A stretch of DNA of 64,000 bases from an uncultured Pseudomonadota bacterium (GTDB taxonomy: Bacteria; Pseudomonadota; Gammaproteobacteria; Burkholderiales; CAIKXV01): positions 39,208 to 103,207 of the forward strand of contig CAIKXV010000027.1 of NCBI GenBank assembly GCA_903831455.1. The letters are read 5' to 3'. The stretch's first letter is position 1. The number at the start of each line of letters is the position of its first letter. Shown here one piece after another: positions 27,090-35,440 of this stretch. The translations under genes were made by a program, and so were the position numbers. The notes under the pieces are model-generated. The model was not told the DNA's origin, did not search any database, and saw only the letters and a program-made list of their open reading frames with translations.

Positions 27090-28064
27090 TCACGCCGCGG
27101 GGACACCCGAGCCCACGGCAACCAGGGCCTTGGCTTCATGCAGGCTGCCCGCGGCACCGCTGCCGTACAGGCAGCAGGCCAGCTGGTGGACCAGCGGACC
27201 CGGCAAGGGCGCCTGCCCGGCCAGCGCAGCGCGGGTCCAGGCCGCGGCCGCCTGCGGCTCGCGCCCGGCCGCCAGCGGGGATGCCGCTCGCGGGGACTCG
27301 ACCTCGGCTTCGAACAGCACCGAGCACAGGCCCCCATCGAACAGTTCCATGCGCGGCCGACGCCGCGCACTCGCGCAGGCCTCCACCGCCGTCGCGTCGA
27401 GCAGGAGCGCTCGTTCGGCGGAACTCTGCAGGTGCTGACGCAGGCTGGCGTGGTCCGAGCGGTCGACGGCCCCGACGACCCGCAGGCTGTCCGGTTCGAA
27501 CGGCGAGAGCAGTCGCGCCACCGAATGCGCGACATTGCGCACACCCAGCCGCGCGGAGAGCGCCATCAATCCGGCCAGTCCGGGCGCGATCGCCCCTACC
27601 GGGACGAAGGCAAGGCCGGTCTCGGCCAGCCGCGCCGTCGCCTGCTCGGCCGACACGCACGGCATGACGCCGAGTTCGCGGAACACGTAGGCGCAGGAGC
27701 CGTCCCGGTCGAGCGTGCCGTGGATGAGTACCGGCACCTGGAAGCGTTGCAGCAGCAGCGCCAGCAGCGGGAGGAGATCGGGCTCGTCGCGTGCCGAGCC
27801 GTAACTGGGAAACACCACCGGTAGCGCCTTGCCCTCCGGCGCGCCCACCGGGGCCACTCGCGCAGCCAACGCGCGGGCAAAACCGAGCCGCTCGGACACC
27901 GACTCGCCCTTCTGCTGGAGGAGCGCGAGGGTTGCGCCCAGTTCCAGTTCGGGCAGGCCGCCGTCGAGCATCGTTGCGAACAGGACCTCGGCCTCCCATT
28001 CCGCGAGGTCGCGAGGTTGCGGACCGTCGCCCGCCAGTTGCCTGAGTATCGATGCGTGAGTCAT
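27090..28064 (-). CDS. ybiB: YbiB/TrpD2-family DNA-binding protein (anthranilate phosphoribosyltransferase-like fold)
   Basis: It aligns by eye with E. coli YbiB: LPELELGATLALLQQKGES, VFPSYGSARD, LGVRNVAHSVARL, ACCLYGSG. ATG 28064 lies after GGAGAGGA. Confidence 0.85.
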   Translation of the reverse strand: MTHASILRQLAGDGPQPRDLAEWEAEVLFATMLDGGLPELELGATLALLQQKGESVSERLGFARALAARVAPVGAPEGKALPVVFPSYGSARDEPDLLPLLALLLQRFQVPVLIHGTLDRDGSCAYVFRELGVMPCVSAEQATARLAETGLAFVPVGAIAPGLAGLMALSARLGVRNVAHSVARLLSPFEPDSLRVVGAVDRSDHASLRQHLQSSAERALLLDATAVEACASARRRPRMELFDGGLCSVLFEAEVESPRAASPLAAGREPQAAAAWTRAALAGQAPLPGPLVHQLACCLYGSGAAGSLHEAKALVAVGSGVPAA

Positions 28065-28202
28065 GAATCGTCCTCTCCGTGCGGAGCCTGCCGTGCCTCT
28101 GGATCCCGGGCACGTTCGTCCCCATCGCGGCCGCGCCCTGCCCTCGCGCGCCGCCACTCGTGCCGCGCGGTGGGAAGCCTCGACACTCCACCCGCGCGTG
28201 CA

Positions 28203-28252
28203 TGGACAGACCGTGCAATCGGCGTGCCAGCCCTGCTTCTGTTCTGGACAGA
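28203..28252 (-). promoter_or_regulatory. repeated TCTGTCCA elements / inverted repeat upstream of ybiB
   Basis: On the plus strand TGGACAGA occurs at 28203-28210 and 28245-28252. The second copy is part of TCTGT-N5-ACAGA (28238-28252). These sites lie 139-188 nt upstream of the ybiB ATG. Confidence 0.25.
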
Positions 28253-28387
28253 TCGTCGCCGCGCCGGAACCTGTGTCCGCATCGCTCCCTGGATGACAGT
28301 GGCGCCCACGAACAGTGCGCAACACTCGCACCCGCGCCCGTTTTGGGTGCGCTGCAGCAGGCATCGACCCGCGATCGGGACGCGCGT

Positions 28388-29644
28388 TCAGCGAGCGAGC
28401 ATCCGGAAGCGGGTCGGGCGATACGGCTCCGGGTCGATGAACGGCGTCCGGCCTGCGACCAGATCGGCGATCAGGCGCGCGGTGGGTGCCGCCCCGCAAA
28501 GACCGGTGTGGCCGTGACCGAACGCGAGGAACACGTCCGGACAGCCGGTCGCGCGGCCGATCACCGGCAGCGAGTCGGGCGTGCAGGGGCGGTGCCCCAT
28601 CCACTCGCGCATGCCGTCCATGTTCACCCGCGGATACATGCGGCGCGTATGCCGGACCAGGGCTTCGATCCGGGCCGCCGTGGGCGGTGCGTCGAGCCCG
28701 GCGATTTCCACCGTCCCGGCGTTGCGCAGGCCGTCGGCCATCGGCGTGACGAAGAACTTGAACTCGCCGGACATGACCGGCATCCGCGGGGCGATCCCGG
28801 GCTCGGGAAAGTGCACGTGGTAGCCGCGCTGGGACTCGAGCGGAACCGATGTCCCCAGCCGAGCCGCGAGGCGCGCGGAGTGCACGCCCGCCGCCAGCAC
28901 CAGGGTCTCCGCGGGTAATCGGCGACCGGACCCGAGCAGCGCTCGGGGGCCGCGCGGGCCGGGTTCGAAGTCCTCCACCTGCAGACGCTCGAAGCGCCCG
29001 CCCGAGGCCATGAAGTGGGCGAACAGCCGGCGCGTCAGCCACAGGGGGTTGGCGACATGGCCCTGCTCGGGCAGCAGCACGCCGCGGGGGTAGATGGGCG
29101 CGAGGTCGGGGTCGAGTTCGCGGATGGCCGCGGCGTCGAGCGGCTCGAGGCGCACGCCCCGCTCGCGGCGCAGCGACCACGCCAGGGCGTCGGACTGCCA
29201 GGCCGCTTCGCTCTCGTAGACGGCCATGTAGCCGGACGGATTGATCAGGTCGCTGCAACCGGCCGCGCGTGCGAGGCGCCCCCACGCCTCGAAGGTGCCC
29301 CCGAGCAGCGGGCGCAGCGCATCGGCGATACGCTCGACCCGGGAGCGCCGGCTCGCCAGCAGGAAGCGCAGCAGCCAGGGCGCCGCCTGCGGCAGGTACT
29401 GCCAGCGCAACGACAGCGGGGCCGCCGGATCCATCAGCCAGCCGGGCACCTTGGCGAGCAGCCCGGGCATCGCCACCGGCACCACCGAGCCCGGACTGAG
29501 GATTCCGGCGTTCCCGCTGGAGGTGGCCTCGCCGGGCTCCGCCCGGTCGACCAGCGTGACGCGGTGGCCGTCGGACTGCAGCCAGCAGGCCGAGGCCACG
29601 CCGACGACCCCCGCACCGAGAACGGTGACCTCGCGCGCGCCCAT
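28388..29644 (-). CDS. FAD-dependent oxidoreductase (D-amino acid dehydrogenase DadA-like)
   Basis: VTVLGAGVVGVASACWL dinucleotide-binding motif. SGNAGILSPG, and the C-terminal GHGHTGLCGAPTARLIADLV, are typical of DadA/DAO-family enzymes. ATG 29644 lies 7 nt after the upstream stop. Confidence 0.8.
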   Translation of the reverse strand: MGAREVTVLGAGVVGVASACWLQSDGHRVTLVDRAEPGEATSSGNAGILSPGSVVPVAMPGLLAKVPGWLMDPAAPLSLRWQYLPQAAPWLLRFLLASRRSRVERIADALRPLLGGTFEAWGRLARAAGCSDLINPSGYMAVYESEAAWQSDALAWSLRRERGVRLEPLDAAAIRELDPDLAPIYPRGVLLPEQGHVANPLWLTRRLFAHFMASGGRFERLQVEDFEPGPRGPRALLGSGRRLPAETLVLAAGVHSARLAARLGTSVPLESQRGYHVHFPEPGIAPRMPVMSGEFKFFVTPMADGLRNAGTVEIAGLDAPPTAARIEALVRHTRRMYPRVNMDGMREWMGHRPCTPDSLPVIGRATGCPDVFLAFGHGHTGLCGAAPTARLIADLVAGRTPFIDPEPYRPTRFRMLAR

Positions 29645-29651
29645 CGCGGGG

Positions 29652-29975
29652 TCAGGCGGACTCGGCAGGTTCGACCCAGCCGCCGCACTGCCAGCAACTG
29701 GCGAAACTCGCCGGGTTCGGCTCGCCGCAACTCGCGCACCGCCGATCCGGGGCACTGGGGCCGCGCCGATCGTGCGCGGCCACGACCGGCTCGGCGCGCG
29801 CAACATCCCGCGGCTCGCTCACCCAGACCTCGGGGCGCACGTCGATGAAGGACAGTTCCCCGAGCGCGCCCGCCGCATGTGCGTTCAGGATGCGGGCCGC
29901 GATCCCGTGGCCGTGCAGCACGTCGGCGAGCAGTTGCGCATCGACGAGATCAGAGGCCACGTACACACGCGGCAT
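29652..29975 (-). CDS. DUF2007-like (putative signal-transducing) domain protein with a C-terminal zinc ribbon
   Basis: MPRVYVASDLVDAQLLADVLHGHGIAARILN... matches the DUF2007 pattern. The C-terminus is CASCGEPNPASFASCWQCG (CxxC-x10-CxxC). The start overlaps the LLM stop by 1 nt (TGATG). Confidence 0.6.
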   Translation of the reverse strand: MPRVYVASDLVDAQLLADVLHGHGIAARILNAHAAGALGELSFIDVRPEVWVSEPRDVARAEPVVAAHDRRGPSAPDRRCASCGEPNPASFASCWQCGGWVEPAESA

Positions 29976-31006
29976 CAGGCGAGCGCGGTGTCGCGGGCGG
30001 AAGTCGCCCCCGAGAGGCCGAAGGCGTCGGCCAGCCGCTCGTACGAACGACGTCGCGTCGCGTAGTCCCCGGTGATGGTGAGCACCATCATCTCGTCGGC
30101 GGCGAACTCCTCGGCCATCCCGAGCAGCCGATCGCGCAGGCGGTCGGCCGTTCCGATCAGCGTGCGCGCGCGATTGCGCTGCACGACCGCGCGCTCGATC
30201 GCACTGTACGCGTAGGCCTCGGCGTCGGCCTGTGTCGGTACCGGGAGGTTGATGCCCTTCTCCTGCCGCAGGCGCCGAAGGTCGATCGCGGCGGCGAGTC
30301 GCTCGGCCTCGGCATCGCTGTCGCCGCAGACGCAGAAGACGGTGAGCATCGAGTACGGCGTGGCCTCCCGCGCCGACGCCTGCCAGTGTTCGCGATAGGC
30401 ACGCATCACGCCGTCGCCACCGTGGCCGCTGATGAAGTGCGCGAAGGAGAACCGCAGGCCCAGGTGGGCGGCCAGCGCCCCGCTGTAGCCTGAGGAGCCG
30501 AGCAGCCAGACCTGCGGCGCGCCCTCCCCGGCGGGCTGCGCAACGACCCGGGCATAGGGATGGTCGGCAGGCAGCGTGCCATCGAGGAAGCCCACGAGAT
30601 CGACCACCTGCTGCGGGAACTCCTCGGCCGTCGGATAGCGGCCACCACCGACCGCATGGGCGGTTCGCTGGTCGCTACCCGGGGCACGCCCGATGCCCAG
30701 GTCGATGCGACCGGGGAACAGCGTCTCGAGCATCCGGAACTGCTCGGCCACCTTGAGCGCGCTGTAGTAGGGCAGGAGCACGCCGCCGGTGCCGATGCGC
30801 ATCCGCTCGGTGGCGGCCGCCACCCTGCCCACGAGGATTTCGGGACAGGGATCGGCCAGCGCGCGCGTGGAATGGTGCTCGGCGAGCCAGTAGCGGTGGT
30901 AGCCCATCTGCTCGCAGGCCCGGGCGAGCGCGAGCGTCTCGGCCACGGCTCGCGCCGGCGAGCAGCCGTCGATGATCGGGGATTGATCGAGGACCGAAAG
31001 TTTCAT
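29975..31006 (-). CDS. LLM-class flavin-dependent oxidoreductase (YhbW-like luciferase-like monooxygenase)
   Basis: MKLSVLDQSPI ... GYHRYWLAEHH ... LFPGRIDLGIGRAPGSDQRT ... VWLLGSS aligns closely by eye with E. coli YhbW. Confidence 0.9.
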   Translation of the reverse strand: MKLSVLDQSPIIDGCSPARAVAETLALARACEQMGYHRYWLAEHHSTRALADPCPEILVGRVAAATERMRIGTGGVLLPYYSALKVAEQFRMLETLFPGRIDLGIGRAPGSDQRTAHAVGGGRYPTAEEFPQQVVDLVGFLDGTLPADHPYARVVAQPAGEGAPQVWLLGSSGYSGALAAHLGLRFSFAHFISGHGGDGVMRAYREHWQASAREATPYSMLTVFCVCGDSDAEAERLAAAIDLRRLRQEKGINLPVPTQADAEAYAYSAIERAVVQRNRARTLIGTADRLRDRLLGMAEEFAADEMMVLTITGDYATRRRSYERLADAFGLSGATSARDTALA

Positions 31007-31012
31007 GCGTGC

Positions 31013-31018
31013 ATTCTA
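31013..31018 (-). promoter_or_regulatory. candidate -10 hexamer placed for a leaderless LLM transcript
   Basis: On the minus strand the sequence reads TAGAAT-GCACGC-ATG. No SD lies between the hexamer and the start. There is no convincing -35. Confidence 0.2.
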
Positions 31019-31260
31019 GCCAACAGCCCACACCGCGGCGAGGGGGAGATGGGCCGCCTGCGGCGACGACGGGGCGCCGCCCCCTCGGCTGACCGCCCGG
31101 GGCCGCATCCCCGCCAGCGGCCGGCGGGATACGGGCCCGCTCCGGCGACCGCCAGCAGCAGGGGCTGCCCCCGGGGCGCAACCTCGGAGCCCGATTTCCC
31201 GCCACGACGACCGGGAATCGACCGGCAAGGTTCGCGGCGTCCGCCGGCCGCGTGCGGCGA

Positions 31261-33726
31261 TTACTGCTGGCCCAGGTAGATGTAGATCGCACGATTGCCG
31301 TCGCGCGCCGCACCGTAGGCCAGGTAGAACGGCCCCAGCGGCGTGTCGATCGCGAGGAACACGCTCCCGGAGACCAGCGTGCCGCGCGGCGAGGCCGCGA
31401 ACAGCGGATCGCGAACCTCGGCCAGTTCGAGCGAGGCGCCGAGATAGCTGCCCTCGAACAGCCCGCGGCGCTGCCACTGGTTGAGGTAGGTCATCCGTCC
31501 GTACAGCAGCGACTGACCCAGCAACTGATTCGGCGCGTAGCCGGACTGGCGATGGAAGCCTCCCCACTGCACCAGGTCGTACCCGGGCAGTCGGTCGTCT
31601 CCGATCGCGCCCGCGGCGCGCACGGCCGTCTGCAGCGTATGGATACCCCAGGAGCGTGCGGCCAGCCCGTCGACGTCGTAGCGCTGGAAACGATCGCTCG
31701 CCCCCAGCGACGGGGTGGACGCATAGAGGTGGCCGAGCCCGCGATATCCGGCGCGCGGGATGCGCGCGCTATCGAGTCGGTCGACGGCCACACGGGCGAC
31801 GAAGCCGCCCTCGTCGTAGGTCTGGCGGGTACGTCCGAAGAGCACCGGACCGGTGTCGAGTTCGATCAGGTTGCGACCGACCCGCACCCCGGCGCGCAGC
31901 TCGCCGTACTGCTCGATCTGCGCTCCGAGATCGACGCCGATCCGGGCGACCGTCTGCTGGTACTGGCCGACGCGGATGTTCCCCTCGTACACCGGGATCG
32001 GCCGGCGGAACATGTCGAGACGGGGCGCGACGAACACCGACTGGTTGACCGCCAGCGGCTGGTAGAACTCCGACAGCAGCCGGCTCTCGCGCCCGACCTG
32101 CAGGTCGTTCCGCCACTCCGCACCCAGAGCGTTCATCCACGTCCGCCGGTAGCTCGCCAGAAGCGAGTAGTAGGACTCGCCTCCGAACTCGCTCGCGAGG
32201 CTCAGGCCGAGCCGCAGGTAGTCCGGTCCCCAGGCCTTCTCGGGCGCCTTGACCGACAGCACCTGGCGCCCCGACTCCTCGAGCAGTTCGTAGCTCACGT
32301 GCTCGAAATCGCCGCGCCCGTAGATGCGGCGCAGGTCGGCATCCAGCGTCGGCTGGTCGAGCGGCTGCCCGACCCGCGTCTGCATGCTGCCGACCACCAC
32401 GGCCGGATTGACGCGCTCGAGCCCGGTCACCCTGATCTCGTCGACGGTGCGCGTGGGCGCCTCGCGGACGCGGGAACGGGCCTGCTGCCAGTCCCGGTAT
32501 CCATCGGGGTCCATCGACAGGCGGGCGAGTCGGTTCCCGACAGACCGGGCGGCCGCCTCTCCGACGGGCACGGCGGTGGGCATCCGGTTGAAGTCGGCCG
32601 AAGACAAGTCGCCGAGCGCGGGCTCGATCAGGATGTCTCGCGGGCCGAGGCTCGCCACGGAGGCGCGGACGTTGCTCTCGGTGAGGAGGCCGATCACCTG
32701 CACGCTCACCGCGAGCAGCGAGTCGATCTGCGCGCGCTTGAGCAGCGGCGTGCCGACGTTGACCGCGATCACCACGTCCGCGCCCATCGCCCGCGCCTCC
32801 TCGACCGGCAGGTTGCGCACGAGCCCGCCGTCGACGAGCAGGCGCCCGTCGATCTCGATCGGGGCGATCGCGCCGGGCACCGCCATGCTCGCGCGCATCG
32901 CCGAGGCCAGGCTGCCGCGCGCCAGCCGCACCGCGTCCCCGTTCTCCACGTCGGTCGCCATGGCCATGAACGGGATGGGCAGCTTCGAGAAGTCGGTCTC
33001 GCCCGATACGGTCAGCAGCCGCCGCAATACCGCCTCGAGCGCCACACCCGACACGGCGCCTCGCGGCGCCTGGATCCGTCCGCCGCGAAAGCCGAACTCC
33101 GGCCCGAGGAAAGGCAGGTAGTCGTCGGCTCTCCGGCGCAACGGCAGGTCGACCCGCGCCGGACGATCGTCGAGCAGCGTGGGCGTATCGAGTTCGGGCA
33201 GCAGCCGTTCCAGTTCCGCGACCGTCGTGCCCGACGCATAGGCTGCGCCGACGATCGCGCCCATGCTCGTCCCGGTGATGATGTCGATCGGAATGCGCAT
33301 CTGCTCGAGCGCCTTGAGTACGCCCAGGTGTGCGGCGCCCCGCGCGCCACCGCCCGAGAGCACCAGCGCGATCCGCGGGCGGCGCGCGTTCGCCGCGCCC
33401 GCCTCGCCCTGCCCCACGGTCGCCGACCCCATCGACTGCCCGGGCCGGGCAGCCGGGTCCGCGTGAGGACCGCTCGACGGATCGGCGGCGCGGGCGGGCG
33501 TGGCTGCGCGGTGCGTCGGGTCGGACGTCGCGACGACGGCAGCCGCCGGGGCGCGAGTCGCGGTGGCGGCCGATGGACCCCCGGCCGATCCCACGCCCGG
33601 CGGCAGGCCCAGCCCGATGACCGCCAGGATCCGCAGGGCGAGGCCGAGGTGGCGAGCACCACCGCCGACCGACTTGCGGACTCCGCACCCGTTGCCCGCC
33701 GAGCCGCCCCCCGGATACCGATTCAT
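31261..33726 (-). CDS. PlpD-like patatin phospholipase with POTRA and Omp85-type beta-barrel (type Vd secretion architecture)
   Basis: Signal-like N-terminus. Patatin motifs LSGGGARGAAHLG, GTSMG (GxSxG) and DGG. Then a POTRA-like IRVTGLERVNPAVVVGSMQTRVGQPL and a long beta-strand-rich C-terminus ending in aromatic-rich YIYLGQQ. ATG 33726 overlaps the hslR stop (ATGA). Confidence 0.85.
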   Translation of the reverse strand: MNRYPGGGSAGNGCGVRKSVGGGARHLGLALRILAVIGLGLPPGVGSAGGPSAATATRAPAAAVVATSDPTHRAATPARAADPSSGPHADPAARPGQSMGSATVGQGEAGAANARRPRIALVLSGGGARGAAHLGVLKALEQMRIPIDIITGTSMGAIVGAAYASGTTVAELERLLPELDTPTLLDDRPARVDLPLRRRADDYLPFLGPEFGFRGGRIQAPRGAVSGVALEAVLRRLLTVSGETDFSKLPIPFMAMATDVENGDAVRLARGSLASAMRASMAVPGAIAPIEIDGRLLVDGGLVRNLPVEEARAMGADVVIAVNVGTPLLKRAQIDSLLAVSVQVIGLLTESNVRASVASLGPRDILIEPALGDLSSADFNRMPTAVPVGEAAARSVGNRLARLSMDPDGYRDWQQARSRVREAPTRTVDEIRVTGLERVNPAVVVGSMQTRVGQPLDQPTLDADLRRIYGRGDFEHVSYELLEESGRQVLSVKAPEKAWGPDYLRLGLSLASEFGGESYYSLLASYRRTWMNALGAEWRNDLQVGRESRLLSEFYQPLAVNQSVFVAPRLDMFRRPIPVYEGNIRVGQYQQTVARIGVDLGAQIEQYGELRAGVRVGRNLIELDTGPVLFGRTRQTYDEGGFVARVAVDRLDSARIPRAGYRGLGHLYASTPSLGASDRFQRYDVDGLAARSWGIHTLQTAVRAAGAIGDDRLPGYDLVQWGGFHRQSGYAPNQLLGQSLLYGRMTYLNQWQRRGLFEGSYLGASLELAEVRDPLFAASPRGTLVSGSVFLAIDTPLGPFYLAYGAARDGNRAIYIYLGQQ

Positions 33727-34100
33727 GTCCCCCCCCGCCATCGTTCGAGGTCGCGTCGCTCGCGCTTGGTCGGGCGCCCGGTCCGCTCGCCCCAGGACCC
33801 CGCCTCGCGAGCCGCTGCCTCGGCTTGCCGCCGCGCCGCACTGGCGACCGTCTCCTCGTACAGCGCCCGCGCCTGCTGCGCGCCGCCGCGCCGCTCGATC
33901 ACGCCGAGCACCCTCACCTCCCATGCCTGGCCGCCGGCCCGAACCTCGACCGTGTCGCCCGCGGCCACCTCGCGCGAGGGCCGTGCCCGCTCGCCGTTCA
34001 CCCGCACATGGCCTGCGCTCACCGCACCCTGCGCGAGCGTGCGGGTCCGGAAGAACCGTGCCACGTGCAGCCAGCGATCGACGCGCAAGGAATCGCTCAC
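33723..34100 (-). CDS. hslR: ribosome-associated heat shock protein Hsp15 (S4 RNA-binding domain)
   Basis: LRVDRWLHVARFFRTRTLAQGAVSAGHVRVNGERARPSREVAAGDTVEV is an S4-domain/Hsp15 pattern with a basic C-tail. GTG 34100 overlaps the upstream stop (GTGA). Confidence 0.8.
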   Translation of the reverse strand: MSDSLRVDRWLHVARFFRTRTLAQGAVSAGHVRVNGERARPSREVAAGDTVEVRAGGQAWEVRVLGVIERRGGAQQARALYEETVASAARRQAEAAAREAGSWGERTGRPTKRERRDLERWRGGT

Positions 34101-35365
34101 AGCGGCCTCTGCCGGGTGGACGGACGCCGCAACTTCGCGCGCACCCACTGCGCGAAACGGTGGCAGTCGAACTCCTGCGGCACGTAGACGCCGTGGCTGA
34201 AGCCACGTGCCGTCACGCCCCGCTGCTGCCATTCGCAGTTGCGTGCATCCTGCGCATTGGTGACGCGCCACACCGACAGGTAATGCTCGAGGTCGAAGCC
34301 GGGGCGCGACACGGCCTCGGGCTCGAACAGCCAGTCGTAGACGATGCGCACCCGCCCCGGCCCGACCGGAAACACGAGGTGCGCGTTCACGTAGTCCGGA
34401 TGCAGGTTGAGGAACAGGTTCGGCGGCAGCAGCGCCGGCTGGTAGGGCAATCGACGCTCCGCCTCGCCGAGCCCGCGGAAGGGCGGCACGCGCGAGCGAC
34501 CGTCCGGCGTGAGCGTCTCGGTTCCCGGCCGGAACTGGGGCGTGGGCTCGATCCGCGGCGCTGCGTCGCGGCCGCGGCGCAGGCCCCACGCGCCGCCCTC
34601 GCGGTAGGCCGGCACCAGCCGGCACAGTTCGGGGTGCACCGGCGGGCAGTGGAAGCACTCGCAGAAGTTCTCGCAGACGAGTTTCCAGTCGGCGGCCACC
34701 TCGACCTCCAGCCGGTGGCCGACCACCAGTCCCTCGAGGCCGTAGCCCGCGAGGCGCTCCGGCATCCAGCCCAGGCTCTCGCGCAGCGGGGCGACCGTGC
34801 CCGTACCCAGGTTCACGAACACGAAACCGCCCCACAGGTCGGCCCGGACCGCCAGCAGGCCCAGGCGATCGGCATCGAAATCCGGCGTGGGCATGCGCCG
34901 CGGGGTCGATTGCAGCCGACCGTCGAGCCGGTAGCTCCACGCGTGGTAGGGACAGGTGATGCGCCCCCCGCGCAAGCGACCGGAGGCCTCGGTACACAGG
35001 ATCGATCCGCGGTGCCGGCAGGTGTTGTGGTAGGCCCGGACCGTGCCCGCGTCGTCGCGCACGAGCAGCAGGGACTGCCCGGCGAGATCGACCACGCGAT
35101 AGTCGCCGGGCGCGGCCAGCTCGTCGGCCCGGGCCACCGCGATCCAGCTGCCGAACCAGATCCGGTCGACCTCTCGTCGGTGGTGGTCCGCGTCGTGGTA
35201 CCAGTGCCCCGGCAACCCCTGCGCCAGGCGACCGAGCGGCTCGCGGATCGGACCGCGCGACTGCGTGGCCGCCGGCGCGCGAGCGACCGCGGGCTGCCCG
35301 GCCGCAGCGGCAGCCGGACCCTTGCGCGCGAGGCGGGTGCCGCGGGACGGTGTGCGATTGGCCAT
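34097..35365 (-). CDS. Rieske [2Fe-2S] aromatic-ring-hydroxylating oxygenase alpha subunit (GbcA/CntA/choline-monooxygenase-like)
   Basis: Rieske motif CRHRG-x17-CPYHAW. Mononuclear iron motif ENFCECFHCPPVHPE. ATG 35365 has no good SD. The N-terminal 40 aa are Arg/Ala-rich. Confidence 0.85.
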   Translation of the reverse strand: MANRTPSRGTRLARKGPAAAAAGQPAVARAPAATQSRGPIREPLGRLAQGLPGHWYHDADHHRREVDRIWFGSWIAVARADELAAPGDYRVVDLAGQSLLLVRDDAGTVRAYHNTCRHRGSILCTEASGRLRGGRITCPYHAWSYRLDGRLQSTPRRMPTPDFDADRLGLLAVRADLWGGFVFVNLGTGTVAPLRESLGWMPERLAGYGLEGLVVGHRLEVEVAADWKLVCENFCECFHCPPVHPELCRLVPAYREGGAWGLRRGRDAAPRIEPTPQFRPGTETLTPDGRSRVPPFRGLGEAERRLPYQPALLPPNLFLNLHPDYVNAHLVFPVGPGRVRIVYDWLFEPEAVSRPGFDLEHYLSVWRVTNAQDARNCEWQQRGVTARGFSHGVYVPQEFDCHRFAQWVRAKLRRPSTRQRPL

Positions 35366-35427
35366 GGGCGGGAGTCTATCGCCACTGGCCACGACGCCGA
35401 CGACTCCCCATCGCGTCGCGCGCGCGC

Positions 35428-35433
35428 TATAGT
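35428..35433 (+). promoter_or_regulatory. candidate -10 hexamer positioned for a leaderless transcript of the nitrile-hydratase-family operon
   Basis: The sequence reads TATAGT-TTTCACC-ATG(35441). There is no SD. The hexamer sits in a 75-bp divergent spacer. The -35 is poor (TCCCCA). Confidence 0.3.
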
Positions 35434-35440
35434 TTTCACC

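Noticed and set aside
28238-28252. Calling the TCTGT-N5-ACAGA element upstream of ybiB a LexA/SOS box
   Set aside because: The canonical proteobacterial box is CTGT-N8-ACAG, and the spacing here is N5. I report it only as an unexplained repeat, not as an SOS box.
31252-34200. 982-aa plus-strand ORF antisense to the PlpD-like patatin gene
   Set aside because: This is the mirror-frame ORF of a real gene. The minus-strand translation carries patatin, POTRA and barrel motifs, while the plus-strand product is Arg/Pro/Ala-rich with no recognisable domain.
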